From the NCBI GenBank assembly GCA_036676395.1, contig JAKFCY010000002.1, positions 2,016,001-2,080,000 on the forward strand: 64,000 nucleotides of DNA, in the 5' to 3' direction. Of the stretch, positions 57,803-64,000 are shown piece by piece (positions within the stretch are counted from its first letter, which is position 1; each line of letters starts with the position of its first letter). The notes under the pieces are model-generated. The model worked only from the letters and a program-made list of their open reading frames with translations, did no database searches and was not told where the DNA came from. Position numbers and translations under genes: made by a program. This DNA is from Bdellovibrio sp. (GTDB taxonomy: Bacteria > Bdellovibrionota > Bdellovibrionia > Bdellovibrionales > Bdellovibrionaceae).

Positions 57803-58987
57803 ATGAGAAATTCAGTTTCTATGTGCGGTTATTTATTAGCGGTTCTGATTATTCCTCTGCATGGCTTTTCTCAAAGCACGCCTGATACAAAAAACCTATC
57901 TACCTTAATGGGAGCAATTGATAAAATCGTTGCAGAAAAAACTCAAATCTCGGGCTTTAACGAAGAGCCGGCTAAGCTTACGCCGTCGGCTGAACAAGCT
58001 GCTGATGATATCGCGAATGAGCTTGAAGACTGCCAAACAACAAAAACCGAAGAGCCGCAATTAGTTGTGGTTGAAAAAGACGGTGTGACAACTGAGCTTA
58101 AAACTTTTGATCTAAAAATTTCTGGCGAACGTTGTCCGCTAGAAATGTCGGTTTCAGTGATCACTGACGAACAAACACCTGAAAAATTTGTTGGCGGCTT
58201 TACAATGTCGATCATTTTTAAAACTGAAGGTTTTATTGAAAAATACCGCATGCGCCACATCAAAGCCACGGGCGTTATTAAAGCCCACGCCGAAAAAAAG
58301 GGAACAACAGTCACGTTACCGGTAAGTGTTGAGATCGCAAGCTCTGGCGATAGCTTAGATATGGGTTTGTTTTCACAAAATATGTCGATCAAAGTTTCAA
58401 CGAGCGTAAATTTAGCTAACTTTAGTTTTTCTGCACTGACTGAACAAAATGTTTCTTTAAAGTACGGCCAAATTGACCAAAAAGGCACTGCCCGCTTAAA
58501 AGTAAGTGGCTTTTCTGCCCCTGAGCAGTCATTCATGATTAACGATAAAAAAGTTTCTGAAACAGAATTTCAAACTTTTTTACAAAGCTTTATCGTTGCA
58601 GGCTTAGTGTCTGAAGACGACCCGCAAACTCCGGATGGCCGCAGACCAACACGCTGTAAAGTTGCAGCTTACGATAAACAAGCGATCACTGAAGCTGATT
58701 TGAAAGTCGCTTTATCAAAGCCGGCTGCCCTTCCTGCAAAAGGCCAATTAGTTAAAGCTGAATCATGCCTTAGTAATAAAGCTGTTCCCTTTAAAAATGG
58801 CGCTGATAATTTAAATGGCTTATTAGATTTTCAAACTGAATGGATTTCATTCAACGTGCAAAACACGGCAACTCAAAAATCTACTGGTGATGTGTTTGTA
58901 CTTTATGGTGATAATGCTCCACAAACTTCACAGACTGAGACTATGATTTTAGGTCTTATGTGTGAGACTGTGCCATCTTGCAAATAA
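57803..58987 (+). CDS. Secreted hypothetical protein
   Basis: Signal peptide after ATG 57803; long ORF at the head of an overlapping three-gene run. Confidence 0.75.
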   Translation: MRNSVSMCGYLLAVLIIPLHGFSQSTPDTKNLSTLMGAIDKIVAEKTQISGFNEEPAKLTPSAEQAADDIANELEDCQTTKTEEPQLVVVEKDGVTTELKTFDLKISGERCPLEMSVSVITDEQTPEKFVGGFTMSIIFKTEGFIEKYRMRHIKATGVIKAHAEKKGTTVTLPVSVEIASSGDSLDMGLFSQNMSIKVSTSVNLANFSFSALTEQNVSLKYGQIDQKGTARLKVSGFSAPEQSFMINDKKVSETEFQTFLQSFIVAGLVSEDDPQTPDGRRPTRCKVAAYDKQAITEADLKVALSKPAALPAKGQLVKAESCLSNKAVPFKNGADNLNGLLDFQTEWISFNVQNTATQKSTGDVFVLYGDNAPQTSQTETMILGLMCETVPSCK

Positions 58988-59640
58988 TTCGCTTTGTTTT
59001 ATTTTTATTTCTTTCGGTAACTGCAGTTGCGCAAGACGCGGTAGAAATCACTGATCCGCGTGATCAGCTGAAATGGATTCGCGGCGCGTCTGCGCGCCCT
59101 GCGTTCAGCACCGCATTTCGCTGTGGCGAAGCACTCCCGTTTTTTGTGCGCACTGGGCAATGCGCGATTCACTGCCAGTTCGCGCTTTGTGAACAAATGT
59201 GCGACTGGCCAGAAATTGCAAATGCTGATTTTCAGGTTGAAGAATGCACCAGCGAATCCGCTTCTCTTTATTCAACAAAAGGTCATTCAATTCAACTTAC
59301 GGCTACTGATTATAAAGCTTCAGGTAATACAATCGCGCTTTCATTAATTAAAGCGATACCGGTTTTTTATCAGCCCGTACAAAAAATCGAAATCGATCGC
59401 ATCGGTATGCCGATCGCAAAAAAGTTTATTGAAAACGGCAAAATGAAGACAGTCTATATAACACCGATCAGTGTACTGGTTTTTCCGAATCGCACTAAAC
59501 CAGATTTTATGATGTTGGAATTAGATTTAGATTTATCACGTTCAGGTTTAGATCAATTGATGTGCTTTAGTGAAATTGAATTTTGCTTAGGTACAGACGA
59601 ATATTTTATAAAAAGAAAAGGACTCGTAAATGGCAAATAA
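58978..59640 (+). CDS. Secreted Cys-rich hypothetical protein
   Basis: Signal peptide; CAIHCQFALCEQMC; overlaps both neighbours. Confidence 0.7.
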   Translation: MQIIRFVLFLFLSVTAVAQDAVEITDPRDQLKWIRGASARPAFSTAFRCGEALPFFVRTGQCAIHCQFALCEQMCDWPEIANADFQVEECTSESASLYSTKGHSIQLTATDYKASGNTIALSLIKAIPVFYQPVQKIEIDRIGMPIAKKFIENGKMKTVYITPISVLVFPNRTKPDFMMLELDLDLSRSGLDQLMCFSEIEFCLGTDEYFIKRKGLVNGK

Positions 59641-60850
59641 TCTTAAAAGTTTTTGCAGCGTTTTTTTAGGTTTTTTATTTATCGCGGGTTTTGCTTCAGC
59701 TAATGGTGGCTGGGTTAGCTCTGGTGGCGAAGTTTTTAAAAATGGCAAGAACCCGTGGTTTGTGAATAACACGAAAGTGATTAATTACTGCGTGCGCTTT
59801 AGCCCAAGCGAATTTTCAGTCGATGAATCAACGGCTTTACGCCTAGTGCGTGAAAGTTTAGCTTACTGGAAAGATCAACTTGATGGTCTGGCTTCGATTA
59901 ACTTAGATGCTCCCATTCTTAGCCCCAACCAAAATCAAATTATCATCGCCCAGCAGGAATTTAAATTTAGCGCGATCTGCAACGGCACCGAAGATCTAAC
60001 GATCAAATTCGGTTACGATATGCTTGATGCCGCTGAAAAAACTTACATGATTACGCCTGAAAAATACTTAGGCTTAACGATTCGTAAAAATTACGACGAT
60101 GTGCAATTACGCGGTAACGGCGTCATTTATATCACTGGTGATCTTGGTGCACACTCTTACAAGAAGACTTCACCTGATGTGATTGATGCGGCTTGGAAGT
60201 ACACAAAACTTTTAAATTATGTTTTGATTCATGAATTAGGTCATGTGTTTGGTTTATCGCATTCAGGTTCTGGTTTAATGTCAGAAGTTTTCTTAGATCA
60301 GATGCTGATTCGTAAGTTTGCGGCGTTATACGCGCGTGAACCGATTTCACCGTTTATTAAACCTCCGGTTGTAGCCGAAGTGTGTGATAACAGTAACAGT
60401 GTTTTTCCTAAAGGCAGCCAAAGCTTTTTAGCGCCATATTTTTCTTTAACTTATAAAGAAGACTGTTTAAAGCTTGAAATGAGTGCGAATAAAAAACAAT
60501 TTGCCATTCTGACTAAGAAAATGAATGGCACTGAGTGGAAACAAATCGGTATCCTATTTATCGATCGCAACGAAATTATTGATTACTCATTACGCCCGGC
60601 CCTGACATTACAAGTCACTGAAGAGCAAAAAATCTTCAAATTAAACGGAGCCTCTTTTATTTTAGGGCCCATTTACCAGAACTATAAAGTCGATGGGCAT
60701 ATTAATTTCGGGACTTCGTTAAAACCTTTTCCGGTACAGATTGATTTAAGCCCGGATAACATCGTGGTTTATGGCCTGCATGAAAATCGTCTGCGCCAGG
60801 TATTTAGCTTCGGCAATCCACTGCTTTACTCTTTAAGTAAACCCTTCTAA
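59630..60850 (+). CDS. Secreted metzincin (matrixin-like) metallopeptidase
   Basis: Signal peptide; HELGHVFGLSH followed by a Met-turn (GLM). Confidence 0.78.
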   Translation: MANNLKSFCSVFLGFLFIAGFASANGGWVSSGGEVFKNGKNPWFVNNTKVINYCVRFSPSEFSVDESTALRLVRESLAYWKDQLDGLASINLDAPILSPNQNQIIIAQQEFKFSAICNGTEDLTIKFGYDMLDAAEKTYMITPEKYLGLTIRKNYDDVQLRGNGVIYITGDLGAHSYKKTSPDVIDAAWKYTKLLNYVLIHELGHVFGLSHSGSGLMSEVFLDQMLIRKFAALYAREPISPFIKPPVVAEVCDNSNSVFPKGSQSFLAPYFSLTYKEDCLKLEMSANKKQFAILTKKMNGTEWKQIGILFIDRNEIIDYSLRPALTLQVTEEQKIFKLNGASFILGPIYQNYKVDGHINFGTSLKPFPVQIDLSPDNIVVYGLHENRLRQVFSFGNPLLYSLSKPF

Positions 60851-60852
60851 AT

Positions 60853-60885
60853 AAAAAAAGGGAGAAAACTTTCGTTTCCTCCCTT
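60853..60885 (-). terminator. Intrinsic terminator between convergent genes
   Basis: AAGGGAG...CTCCCTT stem; the A-run at 60853-59 gives a U-tract on the minus strand. Confidence 0.7.
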
Positions 60886-60907
60886 AAGCGACCATCAGTA
60901 AAGAGGT

Positions 60908-61345
60908 TTACTTCACCGTTGATTTCTTTGTTAAACATTCATAACTAATCTGCCATTCTTTAACTTCTGTCGTAGACACTTTTGCCGACGTGTTTTCTGA
61001 AGGGTCACGACCACCTGACAATAGCGGCATTCCTAAAAAGCTGCCAACATGTGTTGATTGAGTTCCTGCATTTTTAGAGGTGTTTGAATTTGTCGTTGAT
61101 TCCTGACCGATGACCACTTCACCCTCTTCGATCACTTTCGCTTGTGTCGGGGCGCAGTTAGAAGCCATCATGTGTGTCGCTTTTTGACGGTCTTCATCGC
61201 GGTAACCAACTTTTAAAGCGATGATTCCATTTTGACTTGGTTTTTTTTTCACATCACGAGCGTAAGGTTGGTACGGCACACTTTGGCATGATGTTAAAAA
61301 TCCAGCGATCATTGATACAGTCATTAATAATTTTAAATATTTCAT
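60908..61345 (-). CDS. Hypothetical lipoprotein
   Basis: Lipobox LTSC; GGAG RBS before ATG 61345. Confidence 0.8.
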   Translation of the reverse strand: MKYLKLLMTVSMIAGFLTSCQSVPYQPYARDVKKKPSQNGIIALKVGYRDEDRQKATHMMASNCAPTQAKVIEEGEVVIGQESTTNSNTSKNAGTQSTHVGSFLGMPLLSGGRDPSENTSAKVSTTEVKEWQISYECLTKKSTVK

Positions 61346-61372
61346 AGTATTATTCTCCAAGATCTTTTCAGA

Positions 61373-62047
61373 TTAGAACGGGATTGCGTAACCAGCTTGA
61401 ACTTCAAGACCTGCTAATTTACCGCCGCCAGTTTTAAATACTTTAGTTAAACCATAGTTATAAGTTACATCCACATTTAAACGCGATTCAGAAGCGATTT
61501 CCCAATTAGCACCTAAGCCAGCTTGTGCAAAAGCGCCGAAAGAATTTAGTTCACTTTTGATATCTTGAGATTCACCTAAAACGTTGGCTTCAGCACCGAC
61601 AACATAAGTTGCAGCTACACCTGCTTTACCATAATAACGAGCTCCAGTTGAAGTCGGATTAAAAAGGTATTGCGCACGCACTGGAATCGTAATCATTTTA
61701 ATATCTACAACCACTGTATCTAAGCTAAAAAATCCGAAATCTAAACTTTGCTTAGCTCCCGCTTCTAGATATTGCAGACCGCTCTCTACTGACAAAGTTG
61801 GGCTAAATGCTTTTTGCACTAATAGACCAGCAGAACTTCCGCCTTTAGAGCTGTAATCAACATCAGAACCAGTAATGTTAAAATATGAATATCCTAATGT
61901 TGGGATAAATTTTACGTTTTCGCTGTGTGAAACAACTTCGCGGCTTTCAGCATCTGCAGCTTGTGCAAAGTTCTGAGCTGCACATAGGCATGTCACTAAA
62001 AGTACTTTTGCTGGTACGGTTTTCATTGTTCTTAATAATGCTTTCAT
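61373..62047 (-). CDS. Outer-membrane beta-barrel protein (OmpA/porin-like)
   Basis: Signal peptide, amphipathic beta strands and C-terminal AGYAIPF. Confidence 0.8.
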   Translation of the reverse strand: MKALLRTMKTVPAKVLLVTCLCAAQNFAQAADAESREVVSHSENVKFIPTLGYSYFNITGSDVDYSSKGGSSAGLLVQKAFSPTLSVESGLQYLEAGAKQSLDFGFFSLDTVVVDIKMITIPVRAQYLFNPTSTGARYYGKAGVAATYVVGAEANVLGESQDIKSELNSFGAFAQAGLGANWEIASESRLNVDVTYNYGLTKVFKTGGGKLAGLEVQAGYAIPF

Positions 62048-62163
62048 TGGGGTCTCCTTTTGTTTGCGTGATCGCTTTTTGTTGGCTCACTATTGAACCG
62101 TTAAAGTAATGGTGCTTGAGGCGTTCTGACTTGGTTATTATTTTTAATTGAAATTTAGCGAAT

Positions 62164-62188
62164 AAAGTTATACTTTTAGTATAACTTT
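62164..62188. promoter_or_regulatory. Perfect 11-3-11 palindrome (candidate operator)
   Basis: AAAGTTATACT-TTT-AGTATAACTTT just upstream of the TIGR02147 gene. Confidence 0.55.
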
Positions 62189-62203
62189 TAAAACGGGGTA
62201 TTT

Positions 62204-63043
62204 ATGGCGTTTTTGATCTTTGAGCATAACAATTATAAAAAGATCATTCGTGAACGCCTTAAAGAACTTAAAAAATCTAAACCTAAATTCACTCTGCAAT
62301 ACTTGGCTGAAGTTTTACAAATTCAGTACACGTTCTTATCTAAGGTCTTAAATTCAGATTCACATCACTTAAACGAAGATCAAATTTTTTCTGTAGGCTA
62401 CGCCCTTGAATTTTTAGATGACGAAGTTGAATATCTGTTATTACTGCGGGCGCACGCGGCTACCGCGAACAAGGCGCGTAAAGACTTTTTATTTCAGAAG
62501 ATCTCGACATTGCAAAAAAAACGTAATTTAAGTCTTAACACCGTTGAAAAACCATCTTCGCAATTTGCCGATGATATTAGTTATCTTATGAATTACCAAG
62601 CCGTGCTGGTGCATGTTTCTCTGTGGATTAAAAGCTTACAGAAAAATCCTAACCAGCTGGCATCGCTCTTAGGTTTAGATGTTATCCGGGTTAAAGAAAT
62701 TTTAATCTTGCTTGATCGTTTAAATCGTATCGAATATGACCCAAAAGAAAACCAAGTTAAAAAAGTCACAAGTTCGCGCATTCACTTTGGCAGTGATCAC
62801 CCGTTAATGCGCACTCATCAATTAGTGATGAAGACAGCTATGAATCAAATGAGCTTTGCTAAAGGCGAAGAAAAAAAAGATAATATTTTTGTGTCATTTA
62901 CGACGGATGCCGAAGGTTTTGACAAGATTAAAGGGCTGATTAAAAACTTTATGACTGAAGTGCAAAAAGTAGCCGTCGATGGCAAGCACACTGGGCTTTA
63001 TCAGCTCAATGTGGACTTGCTTGAGATTTTTAATTTAAAGTAA
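62204..63043 (+). CDS. TIGR02147/DUF4423-family HTH protein
   Basis: IFEHNNYK, HTH LAEVLQIQYTFLSKVLN and C-terminal LYQLNVDL. Confidence 0.8.
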   Translation: MAFLIFEHNNYKKIIRERLKELKKSKPKFTLQYLAEVLQIQYTFLSKVLNSDSHHLNEDQIFSVGYALEFLDDEVEYLLLLRAHAATANKARKDFLFQKISTLQKKRNLSLNTVEKPSSQFADDISYLMNYQAVLVHVSLWIKSLQKNPNQLASLLGLDVIRVKEILILLDRLNRIEYDPKENQVKKVTSSRIHFGSDHPLMRTHQLVMKTAMNQMSFAKGEEKKDNIFVSFTTDAEGFDKIKGLIKNFMTEVQKVAVDGKHTGLYQLNVDLLEIFNLK

Positions 63044-63044
63044 T

Positions 63045-63428
63045 TTATTTTAGTTCGACTAAAATTTCTTCGGTAGCACCTTTGTATTTATACTTTGCTA
63101 AAACACCTACAACAGGGTGTTTTGCAGCCGTGGCAGCTTTTGCATCCCAGTGGTGACCGTCTGGGCGAATTGTCCATGTTGTTGGAATCAACTCTTCTTG
63201 TTTTGCACTTTTTGTAACAACACTAATCACAACATCAGATACATCTTTTGCTTTTACTTTGTTAATAATATCAAAAGTAAATACGAAAGGCTTTTTTAAA
63301 TCAGGTTTTTCATCGTGGCCAATGTGGGCACACATGTCTTTTGTTGTTGTGCTGCAAAAATCTTTCGTTTTAAATTCATGAGCCATTGCCGGTGCAGATA
63401 TTAATAAGATTGTTAATAGTAATTTCAT
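63045..63428 (-). CDS. Secreted hypothetical protein
   Basis: Signal peptide (AMA-H); AGGAG RBS. Confidence 0.75.
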   Translation of the reverse strand: MKLLLTILLISAPAMAHEFKTKDFCSTTTKDMCAHIGHDEKPDLKKPFVFTFDIINKVKAKDVSDVVISVVTKSAKQEELIPTTWTIRPDGHHWDAKAATAAKHPVVGVLAKYKYKGATEEILVELK

Positions 63429-63474
63429 TTTATACTCCTTGGATTTATCCTACAGAAGCACTTATAAAAAACAA

Positions 63475-64000
63475 CTATTTAAGACCCGGATAAGCAGCTT
63501 TAAGAGCTTTCATTTTCTCTTCAGCTGCTTTTTTGATGATCGAATTTTTACTGGCGGCCTGCTCAACAAGATTACTGTATTCGTTGTGAATCTGATTGCT
63601 CAACGCATCTTGATAACCTGGTTTACCCGAATAACTTTTTTTGATATCGCGCTCAATCTGTACCCATTTTGCTTTGGTGATTTCGTTAAGCTGCTGAACT
63701 TGACCTGATTTAGCGGCAGCTTCTTCAAGTTGCATCAGTTCACGCTCTGACTTTGTGGCTAGAGTTCTTTTGGCCGAACTTGCATCTTTTAGATCAACAC
63801 CGCTTTTCTTAACGTAAGCTTTGTAAGCTCTGTTGTAGGCATCAGCAGCTTCAGCATGCAAACGGTGATACCATTGCGAAGCCCGATCTTTGTTTCATCA
63901 GTAGAAAAATACGGTTTACCGATATTAACAAAATAATCGCCCACACCGATCATACAGCCCGTGGCCCAGTCGGCAGAAGACGATAACCAACTTTGATTTT
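63475..64000 (-). pseudogene. 3' part of a gene entering from the window edge, apparently frameshifted near 63890-63920
   Basis: Frame ...DRASQWYHRLHAEAADAY... is blocked upstream by TGA TGA; another frame is open to the window end (NQSWLSSSADWATGCMIGVGDYFVNIGK). Confidence 0.4.

Noticed and set aside
57943..58536. 197-aa antisense ORF and other short overlapping ORFs in the track
   Set aside because: They lie inside well-supported genes in other frames or strands and have no motifs or RBS; treated as shadow ORFs.
1..64000. CRISPR array, rRNA or tRNA genes
   Set aside because: No regularly spaced short repeats with unique spacers and no recognisable structural RNA were seen by eye.

Overview
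AT-rich bacterial DNA, very probably from a Bdellovibrio-like predator (Bdellovibrionota). The evidence is a TIGR02147/DUF4423 gene, a 2094-aa S74-chaperone fibre adhesin, fused ccoNO and many secreted hypothetical proteins. Bases ~245-51200 are dominated by low-oxygen, redox, NO and sulfur-stress functions: two persulfide dioxygenase/rhodanese modules, a desaturase with a DesT/FabR-like regulator, NsrR-NnrS-truncated haemoglobin, three paralogous USPs, a CBS protein, D-lactate dehydrogenase, a U32 tRNA hydroxylase with an adjacent chorismate mutase, a four-protein PAS/NtrC signalling cluster and a cbb3 oxidase operon. The strongest new signal is regulatory. A 15-bp box (consensus ATGACAAnnTG[G/T]C[A/T]n) occurs in helically phased pairs at three intergenic regions. 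In all four promoters served, exactly 39 nt separate the proximal box from a sigma54-like GG-N10-G[C/T/A] element. This points to a predator sigma54/NtrC hypoxia regulon covering the cbb3 operon, the USP/ldhA operon, the peptidase-trhP-chorismate mutase operon and the activator itself. Other observations are a repeated Crp-family box, many apparently leaderless genes, three short genes missing from the ORF track, a ~0.83-kb internal duplication in the fibre gene, a RAYT-type transposase with 18-bp inverted repeats, and two likely gene remnants. No rRNA, tRNA or CRISPR array was seen. All family assignments come from motif recognition by eye, not database searches.
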